In this document: positions 1 through 10,289 of the stretch, piece after piece
Layout: every line of letters starts with the position of its first letter
How positions within the stretch are numbered: the first letter of the stretch is position 1
NCBI GenBank assembly: GCA_965215505.1
Contig: OZ244065.1
Span: 4,192,001-4,256,000, forward strand
DNA length: 64,000 nt
Direction: 5' to 3'
Origin: Capsulimonadaceae bacterium
Lineage (GTDB): Bacteria; Armatimonadota; Armatimonadia; Armatimonadales; Capsulimonadaceae
Program-made: the position numbers and the translations under genes
Notes under the pieces: model-generated
The model's input: the letters and a program-made list of their open reading frames with translations, nothing else
What the model was told of the DNA's origin: nothing
Database searches by the model: none

Positions 1-1
1 C

Positions 2-1465
2 GACCACACCTGGCTTGTTCCCGTCGGCGCACAAACAGCCATCGTCTGCGGCCCCGCGTATGTCGGCGACGTTTCGGCCGTCGGCGGCAGTCTGCGCCTG
101 ACGAGCGAACTGGGCCTGAGCGCCGCAAACGGCCTTTCGCCGTACCCATATGCCGCAGCGTCGCCCGCGCTGGTCTACGGCCTGGGCAGGGACGGCGCGG
201 CGCTGACCGCCCGAACGCCGCCGGCTCCAGCCACGGCTCCCGCACTGACCGGGTGGGCGACGCAGTCCGTCACCGAAGCCGCGCCGGAGTACGCCGACAC
301 GCGCTGGCTCGCGACCCAGGACCCGCTGCCGATGGGCGCGGACGGCGATGCGAGCGCCTACGCCTGGTATCGCGTCGCGATCCACGCCGCCGATGCCGGC
401 GACTACGCGCTGTCGTTCGCAGGCGCGAATGACCGCGTCATCCCGTTCCTGGACGGCGTCCGCCTCCCCAACCCCGGCCTGCATCACAGCGTCGTCACCC
501 TGCCGCTGACTCCCGGCGATCATACGGTCGCGATCCTGGCGGCCCACTACGGGCGGGCCAAACTGTTCGGCTACACCGGTGCGCTCGACGCCATTGACAT
601 CAAGGGCCTGGTCGGCCCAGCCCGGCTCGGCGTCACCGACGGCCCCGGCGTCGCGCTCACTGATTGGCGTGTGGTCATGGCCCCAAACGAGAACCAAACG
701 ACGCCTCCCGCCCCTGACGCGCCCGGCTGGGCCGCCGTCAAGATCGGCGACGACCCGTTCCACGGCAGCAAAGGCGTCGCCTGGTTCCAGACGACCCTCC
801 CGGCGAACCGGCTCAAGAGCGGGATGGCGCGCTTTGTCCTGCACTTCGAGAGCGTGGACGACGTCGGCACGATCTTCGTCAACGGCAAACAGGTCGCCCG
901 CCACGAAGGCTGGAACGAGGCGTTTGACGCCCCCATTGACGCCGCGCTCGCGGGCGCGCAGCCGGTCATCGTTTCGGTGCTGGTGAACAACCTGGACAAC
1001 GCCGGAGGACTGGACAAGCCGGTGACGCTGCTCTCGTACCGCTCCGACGCGCCCGCGACCGGCTGGAAGATGCGCGGCGGCATCGAGCCGGGCCTGTCCG
1101 CGACGGCCTGGAAGCCGCTCCCGGCGGGGACCCTGGACGGCGCCCCGCGCTTCTTCCGCGCGACCTTCACCGCCGCGCCGCTCCCGGCGGTCGGCCCGCA
1201 CCCGATCCTGCGCGTGGTCACCGGCCCGCTCTCCGCCGGCTTCGTCTGGCTCAACGGCCATAACCTCGGCCGCTACCCGGAGAAGGTCCCGGTCAACGGC
1301 CTGTACCTGCCCGAATGCTGGCTCCGGCCCGGCCGGAACACGATCGTCATCTTCGACGAGGACGGCAGGCGCCCGGACGGCGTCACTCTCACCGTCGAGG
1401 CCCCCGCCAGCCGCACCGTGACCACGATGGCAGCAAACGAAACAAAACTTTCGCATTTGAGGTAA
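2..1465 (+). CDS. Beta-galactosidase (GH35-type), C-terminal part; gene begins upstream of the window
   Basis: Frame is open from position 2 to the TAA at 1465. It contains jelly-roll repeats and the GH35 C-terminal motif GFVWLNGHNLGRY...LYLPECWLRPGRNTIVIFDE. Confidence 0.8.
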   Translation, partial: DHTWLVPVGAQTAIVCGPAYVGDVSAVGGSLRLTSELGLSAANGLSPYPYAAASPALVYGLGRDGAALTARTPPAPATAPALTGWATQSVTEAAPEYADTRWLATQDPLPMGADGDASAYAWYRVAIHAADAGDYALSFAGANDRVIPFLDGVRLPNPGLHHSVVTLPLTPGDHTVAILAAHYGRAKLFGYTGALDAIDIKGLVGPARLGVTDGPGVALTDWRVVMAPNENQTTPPAPDAPGWAAVKIGDDPFHGSKGVAWFQTTLPANRLKSGMARFVLHFESVDDVGTIFVNGKQVARHEGWNEAFDAPIDAALAGAQPVIVSVLVNNLDNAGGLDKPVTLLSYRSDAPATGWKMRGGIEPGLSATAWKPLPAGTLDGAPRFFRATFTAAPLPAVGPHPILRVVTGPLSAGFVWLNGHNLGRYPEKVPVNGLYLPECWLRPGRNTIVIFDEDGRRPDGVTLTVEAPASRTVTTMAANETKLSHLR

Positions 1466-1468
1466 CAA

Positions 1469-3043
1469 ATGAGCAAACTAGACACTTCCATTTCTCGCCG
1501 CACCTTGCTGCAATGGACGGCAGGCGCGTCCGCCGCGGCTCTGGCAAGCCGCCTTCCGGCGGCGTGGGGGAAAGCCCCGAAAGGCCGGGCTGCCACGTTC
1601 CAGAACCCGCTGTTCGCCGGCGATTTCTCCGACCCGACGATCTTGCGTGTGGGCGAAGATTTCTACTTTACCCACAACTTCTACCGCTACGCGCCCGCCC
1701 TCGTGGTCTGGCACTCGCGCGATCTGGTGAACTGGACGCCGATCTCCCATGTGCTGAATGACTCCCATAACACCCCCGGAGAAGTCTGGTCGCCCGACTT
1801 TGCCTACCATGAGGGGCGCTACTACATCTACTTCCCGATGGGGGGCATCTATGTCGTCCATGCCGAGCATCCGAGCGGCCCCTGGAGCAAGGCGATTGCC
1901 GTGGGGATCAATGACATTGACCCCGGCCATGTCGTGGGGCCGGACGGCACACGCTACCTGTACACGGCCGGCGGACACGTCACTCAGCTCTCGGCGGACG
2001 GCTTGTCGGCGGTCGGAGAGCGGAAGCAGGTCTACCAGGGCTGGCAGTTCCCCAGCGACTGGAAGACCGAAGGGTTCTGGCTGGAAAGCCCAAAACTGAC
2101 GAAGCGCGGCGATTTTTACTATCTGATCTGCGCGCAAGGCGGCACTGCGGGCCCGCCGACCAGCCACATGTCCGTCGTGGCGCGCTCGACGTCGCCGCTG
2201 GGTCCGTGGGAGAACTCCCCGCATAACCCGCTGATTCACACCTACAGCGCGGACGAGGCTTGGTGGTCCGTGGGGCACGGCACCCTGGTCTCCACGCCCG
2301 ATGACCGCTGGTATTTCGTCTACCACGGCTACCGGAACGGGCTGCAAACGCTGGGACGAAACACGCTGATGGAGCCGATCGAGTGGACGCCCGACGGCTG
2401 GCCGCGCGCCCCGCTCGGCGCAAAACGCGGCGATCCGATGCCCGCGCCGATGGGCGTGGCGCAGCGCCCGATGATCCCCCTGTCGGACGATTTCCGCGCG
2501 CCGAATCTCAAGCCGACCTGGGGCGCGTGGGACGAAGCCGACTTGAGCCGTTTCCAGGTGGGACACGGCGCGCTTGTGATGCGCGCCAAAGCCGACGTGC
2601 CCGGCCACAGTTCGCCCCTGACCGTGATGGCGCGTGACGCGAACTATCTGGTGCAGGTCGTGGCGACGGCGGACCCCGGAAGCAGCGCGGCGATCGGCCT
2701 GTTTTACAGCCCGAACCACTGGCTGTTCTCCGAGATCGGCAGCAGCGGAATCCGCGTCTATGGGGACAAGCAAACTCTGGCGAGCAGCCCGTGGAAGGGA
2801 AACACAGCGCACTTGAGGATTGTCAACCGCCACAATCGAGTCGAATTCTTGGCCAGTGAGGACGGGCACACATGGAAGAGCCTGGCTGCCAATGTCGACA
2901 CGTCGGGATACGTCACAAGTTCACTGGGCGGGTTTGAGGCTCTGCGCCCGGCGCTGGCGGCGACCGGCGCGGGGACAGTCCGCTTCACCGATTTCGTGTA
3001 TCAATCACTGCCTACGGAGCGAGCGGGAACGGCAGCAAAGTAA
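1469..3043 (+). CDS. Tat-exported GH43 beta-xylosidase/arabinofuranosidase with C-terminal ConA-like domain
   Basis: SRRTLL twin-arginine signal; GH43 motifs NPLFAGDFSDPTI, WSPD, IDP, LESPKL and GHGTLV. Confidence 0.9.
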   Translation: MSKLDTSISRRTLLQWTAGASAAALASRLPAAWGKAPKGRAATFQNPLFAGDFSDPTILRVGEDFYFTHNFYRYAPALVVWHSRDLVNWTPISHVLNDSHNTPGEVWSPDFAYHEGRYYIYFPMGGIYVVHAEHPSGPWSKAIAVGINDIDPGHVVGPDGTRYLYTAGGHVTQLSADGLSAVGERKQVYQGWQFPSDWKTEGFWLESPKLTKRGDFYYLICAQGGTAGPPTSHMSVVARSTSPLGPWENSPHNPLIHTYSADEAWWSVGHGTLVSTPDDRWYFVYHGYRNGLQTLGRNTLMEPIEWTPDGWPRAPLGAKRGDPMPAPMGVAQRPMIPLSDDFRAPNLKPTWGAWDEADLSRFQVGHGALVMRAKADVPGHSSPLTVMARDANYLVQVVATADPGSSAAIGLFYSPNHWLFSEIGSSGIRVYGDKQTLASSPWKGNTAHLRIVNRHNRVEFLASEDGHTWKSLAANVDTSGYVTSSLGGFEALRPALAATGAGTVRFTDFVYQSLPTERAGTAAK

Positions 3044-3070
3044 CCCGTTTCCGATACCTTAGAGAATGTT

Positions 3071-4045
3071 ATGTCTTCTGTTTTCTTGGCGCCATTCGCC
3101 CCGAACCGCCCGCACCCGGCATCTGTCACGGGAAAATCGCTGACTGTTAAATCGCTGACTGTCCTGGCAGTCGCTGCCGCTTTGACCGCGATTTCTGTTC
3201 CTGCCTTTGCCCAGGGGCGTGCGAAGGCGCTGGAGTCCTTGCGCGTCCCTGGTGATGGCCGCGCCGTCAGCTTCAAGATCTCGCTTGACTCGGGGGAATT
3301 GTTCCTGCTCAAAGCCATCGGCAGCGTCAAAGTCGGCGGCGACACCATTGACGCCGAGTACGGCGGCTTCAATGCCGGGACGCCCGGCCAGGATGTGGTG
3401 CGCGGCACGGACGTGGGCGTGGATGTAGGGATTACCAGCCGGAACGTCCCGGCGGGCGCCATGCCGGAGCGAAGACACTGGTTCGGCAGCTACCGCCCGG
3501 ACCACACATATGACATGATCGTCAGCGGCACGGGGCACCCGCTGACGCTCCACCTCCTCTCGAATGGCGGCCGGACGCAGGGCGGCGGGATCACCGTCTC
3601 CGTGTTCCGGCTGTCTCCCGCCCCGCCCGCGCTCCCCGAACCGCTGGAAAGCCTGTCCGTCCCCGTTCTGGACAGGATCGTGCCGACCGCGATGACGACA
3701 CGCCCGACGGACGTGTACCTGCTCCAGGCATCCGGCTCCGGCCGAGTCGGCGGCGGCGGGCTGGGTCAGGGCGATGCCGAATTCATGGACTACAATGCCG
3801 ACGGCACGGGCCAGGTGGATGTCGGCGACTTTCACACCGACTACGGTCTCGGTGTGGATGAGGCCGATCAAAGCGTTTCGCCGCGCCTGCACAAGTGGGG
3901 GCTGTGGCGCAAGGATCACACCTATTATATGCTCTTTGCCGGGACCGGTCGTCCTATCCATTTCTTTTTCTACGACGTCAAAGGCGGCTACGGCGACAAC
4001 TCAAAGACCGACACGCTGACAGTCAAAATCTTCCCGGCCCCGTAA
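3071..4045 (+). CDS. Secreted hypothetical protein with two tandem ~140-aa beta-rich repeats (possible LecA/PA-IL-like lectin)
   Basis: Signal peptide ending AFA. Internal duplication LESL.VP...LL.A.GS..VGG...DAE...DHTY.M...GTG.P. C-terminus reads YDVKGGYGDNS...LTVKI. Confidence 0.6.
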   Translation: MSSVFLAPFAPNRPHPASVTGKSLTVKSLTVLAVAAALTAISVPAFAQGRAKALESLRVPGDGRAVSFKISLDSGELFLLKAIGSVKVGGDTIDAEYGGFNAGTPGQDVVRGTDVGVDVGITSRNVPAGAMPERRHWFGSYRPDHTYDMIVSGTGHPLTLHLLSNGGRTQGGGITVSVFRLSPAPPALPEPLESLSVPVLDRIVPTAMTTRPTDVYLLQASGSGRVGGGGLGQGDAEFMDYNADGTGQVDVGDFHTDYGLGVDEADQSVSPRLHKWGLWRKDHTYYMLFAGTGRPIHFFFYDVKGGYGDNSKTDTLTVKIFPAP

Positions 4046-4248
4046 GAATTTTCGGCAGGGTCGGTGCCGCGCCCATTCTCCGAAGGAGCCGGCCCTAAAC
4101 CTATAATTTCAAGAAATAAGTAGTAGGGCTGAAATAGGTTATATTTAGAAAGTCCCGCCTGTTGAACACGTTTCTTCCAAAAAGGCGAATTTTTGCTCTC
4201 GTGATAATGTAAACCTAATTTCGTCCATGTACTTATATTCACTATTCT

Positions 4249-5949
4249 ATGGAAAAAGCAACAACAAGACGCCAGTTCGTTCAGCAGACCGCAGCGGCGG
4301 CTGGGGCGACATTCTTTGCGAACGCCCACGCGGACGCAAAGCCTGACCGGAGGAGATTTCCGATAAACACTTTCCTTGATCTGCACCGCCCCCCGGATGT
4401 TGTTCGGGTCTTCACCGAGGACGGCGACCAAACTCTCAGTCCTGAGCGCGGCGGGCGCTGGACAGGAACGGATATAGAAGTCGTGACCGCCGTCCGGCCG
4501 GACGGAGTGGCAGTGTCGCTGTCCGCGCCGAAGTCCGCCGCGAAAAGGCTGCACTTGCGCTGGCACGGACGCCAAGACTCGTGTCGCCTGGTACTCGGCG
4601 ACACCTGGGAGCGGGCCTACGGCGATCTTGCCTGGCAGGGGCTTGTCCCAGAGCGCCCCCTGCCCTGGTACTTCGCCGCCTGGGACGGGACGCACACGCA
4701 CGGGTACGGCGTTCGGACCGGCCCCCACGCTTTCTGCTTCTGGCAGACCGACGCAGACGGCATCAGCCTATGGGCCGACGTTCGCAGCGGCGGAGTGGGA
4801 GTGAAGCTGGGGCCGCGTGTGCTGGATGTCTGTACCGTGGTTTCGCGGGCCGGGCAGCCGGGCGAATCGCCGTTTGCGGCGCTGCACAGTTTTTGCCGGC
4901 AGATGTGTCCCAAGCCGCGCCTGCTTTCGCACCCGATCTACGGACACAACGACTGGAACTATGCCTACGGCAGCAACTCGGCGGCCTCGACGCTGGATGT
5001 GACGCACCGGATCGTCGCCCTCGCGCCGCCCGGCCCGAACCGGCCGTACATCGTCATTGATGACGGTTGGGAACCGGCGGGGCCGGGGCATGCCGGTCCC
5101 TGGGACGGCTCGAACAGCAAGTTCCCCGACATGGCCGGCTTGGCGGCGGAGGTTAAAAAAGCCGGGGGGCGGCCCGGTTTGTGGATCCGGCCGACGACGG
5201 CGTGGAATGCCTTGCCGTCGTCCTGGCGGCTGTCCCGCGATCAGGGAACAGTGGACCCGACCGTGCCGGAGGTGCTGCACCAGATCAAATCCGACATGGC
5301 ACGCATTGAGGGCTGGGGCTACGAACTCATCAAGCATGATTTCACCTCGATTGACTTGATGGGGCGCTGGGGCAGCGGGATGGGGGCGACCCTGACCGAC
5401 GATAAATGGACGTTCGCCGAAGGGTCAGGCCGGACGACTGCGGAAATCGTGCTGAGTCTTTACCAGGCGATTCGCGAGGGCGCAGGAAGCGCCGCCGTGC
5501 TGGGCTGCAATACGTTCAGCCACCTGTCTGCTGGCATTTTCGAGGCCCAGCGCATCGGCGATGACACCAGCGGGCGCAATTGGGACCGGACCCGCAAGAT
5601 GGGAATCAACTGCCTCGCCTTCCGGGCCGCACAGGACGGCGCGTTCTACGCGACCGATCCAGACATCGCCGCCGTAACGCATGATGTCCCCTGGGAATTG
5701 ACCCGGCAGTGGCTGGACCTAGTCGCCCGCAGCGGCGCGGTGCTGTTCGTTGCCTTGCAGCCGGACGCCGTCGGGCCGGAGCAAGAAAAGGCGCTCCAAG
5801 CGGCGTTTGTCCACGCCGCCCAGCCGCAGACGCCGGGCGAACCGCTTGACTGGCTGACGACCTCCTGCCCCGAACACTGGCGATTGAATGGACAGGAGAT
5901 ACGCTTCCGTTGGCAGACACCGCAGGGGCCGTCCCCATTCGGGGTTTAA
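4249..5949 (+). CDS. Tat-exported alpha-galactosidase-like glycoside hydrolase (GH36/GH27, clan D)
   Basis: TRRQFV signal; IDDGW, IKHDF (nucleophile region) and RIGDD (acid/base region) motifs. Confidence 0.8.
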   Translation: MEKATTRRQFVQQTAAAAGATFFANAHADAKPDRRRFPINTFLDLHRPPDVVRVFTEDGDQTLSPERGGRWTGTDIEVVTAVRPDGVAVSLSAPKSAAKRLHLRWHGRQDSCRLVLGDTWERAYGDLAWQGLVPERPLPWYFAAWDGTHTHGYGVRTGPHAFCFWQTDADGISLWADVRSGGVGVKLGPRVLDVCTVVSRAGQPGESPFAALHSFCRQMCPKPRLLSHPIYGHNDWNYAYGSNSAASTLDVTHRIVALAPPGPNRPYIVIDDGWEPAGPGHAGPWDGSNSKFPDMAGLAAEVKKAGGRPGLWIRPTTAWNALPSSWRLSRDQGTVDPTVPEVLHQIKSDMARIEGWGYELIKHDFTSIDLMGRWGSGMGATLTDDKWTFAEGSGRTTAEIVLSLYQAIREGAGSAAVLGCNTFSHLSAGIFEAQRIGDDTSGRNWDRTRKMGINCLAFRAAQDGAFYATDPDIAAVTHDVPWELTRQWLDLVARSGAVLFVALQPDAVGPEQEKALQAAFVHAAQPQTPGEPLDWLTTSCPEHWRLNGQEIRFRWQTPQGPSPFGV

Positions 5950-5997
5950 GCAGTCTGGGAACGACCGGCAATATCGTGATCTCAAGAGATAACTTTT

Positions 5998-6945
5998 ATG
6001 ATACTACAATCTCTAATTGTGACGCTCCGGCGTCTCCCCCGCGCAGCGGCCCTGCTCCCGCTCACGGCAGCCCTGCTCGCCCTGCCGTCTCTCCCAGCCT
6101 GCGCCGACAGCGTACTGTTCGTCGGCAACAGCTTCACCTACGCCGCCAACTCGCCCGTCCGATTCTTTCGGAACGAAAGCGTCACCGACATCAACGGCAG
6201 CGGCGTCGGCGGAGTGCCCGCCCTCTTTAAAGCGTTCTCGGCGGAAGCAGGGCGCAGCGACACCGTGAGCCTGGAAACAGCGGGCGGTCAGGGACTGGAC
6301 TGGCACCGGAAGAACAAGGCCGATGTCTTCCGACAGCCCTGGGATACGGTGGTCCTCCAGAGCTACAGCACGCTCGACCAAGCCCATCCCGGCGACCCCG
6401 GTGTTCTCATCCAGGCGACGCAGGACATCGCCGCGCTGCTGACCCGGAGCAATCCAAAAGTCCAAATCCACCTGCTGGCGACCTGGACCCGCGCCGACCT
6501 GACTTACCGGCCTGACGGCCACTGGTCCGGCAAGCCGGTAGACGCGATGGAAAAGGACATCCGGGCGGGCTACGACCGGGCGGCCGCCGCCTGCCCGTCG
6601 GTGAAGGACGTGATCCCGGTCGGTCAGGCGTGGAACCGGGCTATCGAGACGAAGTTTGCCGACGCCGACCCATACGACGGCATTGATGCCGGAAAGATCG
6701 ACCTCTGGTCCTACGACAACTACCACGCCTCGATGTACGGTTATTATTTGGACGCGCTCACGACCTTCGGCGACCTCACCGGCCTCGACCCGCGCTCCCT
6801 GGGGCGCGGCGAATCCTGCGCGGACGCCCTGGGCATTTCCGGCGACCAGGCCGCCGCGATGGAGCAGATCGCCTACGACGAACTGACCGCCGACTCCCAT
6901 CTGCGTCTGAAGCCCTTCACGGTCCACCCGCTCGCCGGTCTGTGA
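5998..6945 (+). CDS. Secreted SGNH-hydrolase-like protein (possible carbohydrate esterase)
   Basis: Signal peptide; block I FVGNSFTY and block V DNYH (DxxH). Confidence 0.65.
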   Translation: MILQSLIVTLRRLPRAAALLPLTAALLALPSLPACADSVLFVGNSFTYAANSPVRFFRNESVTDINGSGVGGVPALFKAFSAEAGRSDTVSLETAGGQGLDWHRKNKADVFRQPWDTVVLQSYSTLDQAHPGDPGVLIQATQDIAALLTRSNPKVQIHLLATWTRADLTYRPDGHWSGKPVDAMEKDIRAGYDRAAAACPSVKDVIPVGQAWNRAIETKFADADPYDGIDAGKIDLWSYDNYHASMYGYYLDALTTFGDLTGLDPRSLGRGESCADALGISGDQAAAMEQIAYDELTADSHLRLKPFTVHPLAGL

Positions 6946-7096
6946 CAGGGCAGACACGCGCCCCGCGCCGGGTCTCCCCCGCTTGACGGGCTTCCCCGGA
7001 CGCGGCGGCATGACGCTGGAAGCGTCGGCAGCGACGCCTTGCCTGGAGCATCGCGTGATGGCGGCGAGCGGCATATGTACAGTCTGAGGGGCCACA

Positions 7097-9634
7097 ATGA
7101 AGCTGCTACTCTTTTTCGCTCTTGTGATGGTAATCATGCTCACCGGATCCAACACTCCTCTCGACGCCGCGACATCCGGCCGTCTCCGTTTGCTGGCCGA
7201 TCACAGCTGGCATTTCACACTCGGCGATCCGAAGGGGGCCGAAGATCCACGTTTCGATGATGCCGGCTGGCGCCATGTCGACCTCCCGCACGACTGGAGC
7301 ATTGAGGGGCCTTATTCTGAGAATGCCCCCACGACGGGCCGCGGCGGTTACCTCCCCACCGGCGTCGGCTGGTACCGCCGCGTCTTTGACGCCCCCCCTG
7401 CCTGGCGCGGGAAACGGGTCCACATCAACTTTGATGGCGTCTATATGAACAGCGACGTCTGGATCAACGGCGTCCTGCTCGGCCACCGGCCTTACGGCTA
7501 CATCTCGTTCGAGTACGACCTCACGCCGCACCTGCACTTCGGCGGCCGCAACGTTCTCGCGGTCCGGGTCGACAACTCCCTGCAGCCCGACACTCGATGG
7601 TACTCCGGAACGGGAATTTACCGTCACGTCTGGCTCACGGTCACCAATCCGGTTCATGTGGCACCGTGGGGGACGTATATTACCACGCCGGATGTGACGC
7701 CCGAATCGGCGACCGTCCGCATCAGGACCAGCGTGACGAACGACGGCGTTAGTATCGCCGGGGCGACAGTTGTCACCAATGTGACCGGGCCGGCAGGGGC
7801 AGCGCCTGCGCGTCCGGCCGCGCCGCGCCCAGAGGGCATCCGTCCCTTCCCTCGGACGCCCGCGGAGTCAATCGACATCGCCCCCGGAGGGCAGTGCGTC
7901 CTGGACCAGTCGGTCGCGGTGCCGAAGCCTCATCTCTGGTCGCCCGACGCGCCGGCACTGTATCACGCTCACACCGTCGTGACGGTTGGCGGCAAGATCG
8001 TCGACGAGTACGACACGCCGTTCGGCATTCGCACAATGGCTTATGACGTGGATAAGGGCTTCTTGCTGAACGGGCAGCCGGTGAAGATGCACGGAATGTG
8101 CCTGCACCAGGACGGCGGGTGTGTCGGGGCCGCCGTCCCGATTCAAGTGTGGGAGCGCCGCCTTCGCCTCCTGAAGGCGATGGGCTGCAACGCGATCCGG
8201 ACGAGCCATAATCCGCCGGCCCCGGAGTTCCTGGACCTGTGTGACCGCATGGGGTTCCTGGTGATGGATGAGTCCTTCGACGAGTGGACGGGCCATAAGG
8301 TGGCGCATGGGTACGCGAGCTACTTCCAGGAGTGGGGCATTCGCGATCTGACCGACATGCTTCATCGGGATCGCAACCATCCGAGCGTCGTCCTGTGGAG
8401 CTTGGGGAATGAGATCGGCGAGCAGACGGCGGCCAACGGAGCGGACGTCCTGCGTCCCCTCGTCGAGACCGTTCACAGGGAAGACCCGACGCGCCCGGTG
8501 ACTGCGGCATGCGACAGTGTCTATACGGACCGCGGCGGCGCCACCCTCGGCTTCCTGAACCTGCTCGATATCGTCGGCTACAATTATGTGGACCGCTGGG
8601 GCACGCGCCGGGAGACGTACTACGCCGACGATCGCCGCCAGTTTCCGGAACGCAAATTCATCGGAACGGAGGACTCGAATATCCGGCAGGTTCGTGGCGA
8701 ATACAATTTCGTGCCGACGGGGAGTGACGGCCTGGTGCGGGGGGGCTACACCGCGTCGATGATCGACACCGAGCAGCTCTGGAAGTTCGTGCGCACGCAC
8801 GACTATGTGATCGGCGATTTCATCTGGACGGGCATCGATTACCTGGGCGAGGCCCAGTGGCCGAATAAGCTCAACACGAGCGGGGCGCTCGACACATGTG
8901 CATTCCCGAAAGACACCTACTACTTCTGGCAGAGCCAGTGGACGGCGGCGCCCATGGTCTATGTGTTCCCGCACTGGAACTGGGCCGGGCGCGAGGGGCA
9001 GGTCATTCCGGTCCTCTGCTATAGCAACTGCAGCAGCGTCGAGCTTTTTCTCAATGGGAAGAGTTTCGGAGCGAAGTCGCTGGCGTTTCCACGCTCGGGA
9101 ACGTCGGGGGGGTGGAATACCTACGCACAGCCGCCTGTTCGGCCATCGACTGCGGATCTGCACCTGTCCTGGGACGTGCCCTATGAGCCCGGTATCCTGA
9201 AAGCCGTAGGATACCGCAACGGCAAACCCGTCTGCGAGGGGACGATCGCCACGGCGGGGCCGGCCGCGGCGCTCGCCCTGGCCGTTGACGGCGACACCCT
9301 CACCGCCGATCCCGACACCGTGGCGGAAGTGACCGTGAAGGTCGTTGATGCTCAGGGGACTGTGGTCCCGGAGGCGGCTAACCGGGTTTCCTTCGTCGTC
9401 AGCGGCCCCGCCAGATTGATCGGCGTCGACAATGGCGCCCCCGCCAATCACGATTCGTATCAAGCATCCTCGCGTCCGGCTTTCCATGGTCTGGCGCTGG
9501 CAGTCGTGCGCCTGACCGGCACGGCGGGCACAGTATCTGTCACCGCGACGTCCCCCGGTCTGGCTCCGGCGACAGTCACAATCAAGGTGACGCCGCCAGT
9601 CAGTCTACCGCCGAAATTGGCCGTCGCGCATTAA
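7097..9634 (+). CDS. GH2 beta-galactosidase, secreted
   Basis: Motifs LPHDWSIE, RWYSGTGIYRHV, NAIRTSHNP, RDRNHPSVVLWSLGNE and WTGIDYLGEA. Confidence 0.93.
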   Translation: MKLLLFFALVMVIMLTGSNTPLDAATSGRLRLLADHSWHFTLGDPKGAEDPRFDDAGWRHVDLPHDWSIEGPYSENAPTTGRGGYLPTGVGWYRRVFDAPPAWRGKRVHINFDGVYMNSDVWINGVLLGHRPYGYISFEYDLTPHLHFGGRNVLAVRVDNSLQPDTRWYSGTGIYRHVWLTVTNPVHVAPWGTYITTPDVTPESATVRIRTSVTNDGVSIAGATVVTNVTGPAGAAPARPAAPRPEGIRPFPRTPAESIDIAPGGQCVLDQSVAVPKPHLWSPDAPALYHAHTVVTVGGKIVDEYDTPFGIRTMAYDVDKGFLLNGQPVKMHGMCLHQDGGCVGAAVPIQVWERRLRLLKAMGCNAIRTSHNPPAPEFLDLCDRMGFLVMDESFDEWTGHKVAHGYASYFQEWGIRDLTDMLHRDRNHPSVVLWSLGNEIGEQTAANGADVLRPLVETVHREDPTRPVTAACDSVYTDRGGATLGFLNLLDIVGYNYVDRWGTRRETYYADDRRQFPERKFIGTEDSNIRQVRGEYNFVPTGSDGLVRGGYTASMIDTEQLWKFVRTHDYVIGDFIWTGIDYLGEAQWPNKLNTSGALDTCAFPKDTYYFWQSQWTAAPMVYVFPHWNWAGREGQVIPVLCYSNCSSVELFLNGKSFGAKSLAFPRSGTSGGWNTYAQPPVRPSTADLHLSWDVPYEPGILKAVGYRNGKPVCEGTIATAGPAAALALAVDGDTLTADPDTVAEVTVKVVDAQGTVVPEAANRVSFVVSGPARLIGVDNGAPANHDSYQASSRPAFHGLALAVVRLTGTAGTVSVTATSPGLAPATVTIKVTPPVSLPPKLAVAH

Positions 9635-10289
9635 AACGAATGTGAGACGCAAGGGGGGCAAGAAACAGGGTACTGCTCACGAAACACAATGAATCGGTTC
9701 TTCCGCACATTTGGTGAAAAGAACGCCGTCTCGCTCCGAGAACGAAGCAATGTCTGTCAACGAAAACAAACGTCGCTTAACTTTAAGCTTCCCTTGACGA
9801 CGAAAAGTGTTGATTCTGCCGTTTTCACCAAAATCGCGGAAGAACCATTATTTGGCGTATAATCTTCGGCAGTAGGTGGCGTATTTTCTCTCAGGAACAA
9901 GGGCCTTGCCTTCCTGAGCGAATTGTCTGTTCTGCCCGACCCAGGGACTACACTGTCCTTGGTAAGGCTGCCTGACCAGCCTGCTCGAACGCGATTGAAG
10001 TTGGGCAATATGTGCTGCCGAGACCTTCCACATCTGCGGGAGGACTGACAGCTGCCCAGCAACGGCTGCGCCAGAAACCGGAGATTATCCGGGCCTGCTT
10101 CCAGCAGGCAGGCTACCTTTAGAACTTTACGAGAACCTCGGTAAAGCAGCAACCCTGGGTAAACACGGATGATAAAATTATCTCTCGCCATCAGGTGAAG
10201 CTCCTTGAATGCGGATTGGCATCCGCTATCCTGCGGGGCTCTCGCTCGATGAATTTACCTCCAAAAGAGTCATACCTCGGTCAATTACT

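Noticed and set aside
9757-10191. 144-aa minus-strand ORF with an AAGGAG RBS, divergent from lacI
   Set aside because: No recognisable motifs and atypical composition. It may be a remnant but cannot be supported without a homology search.
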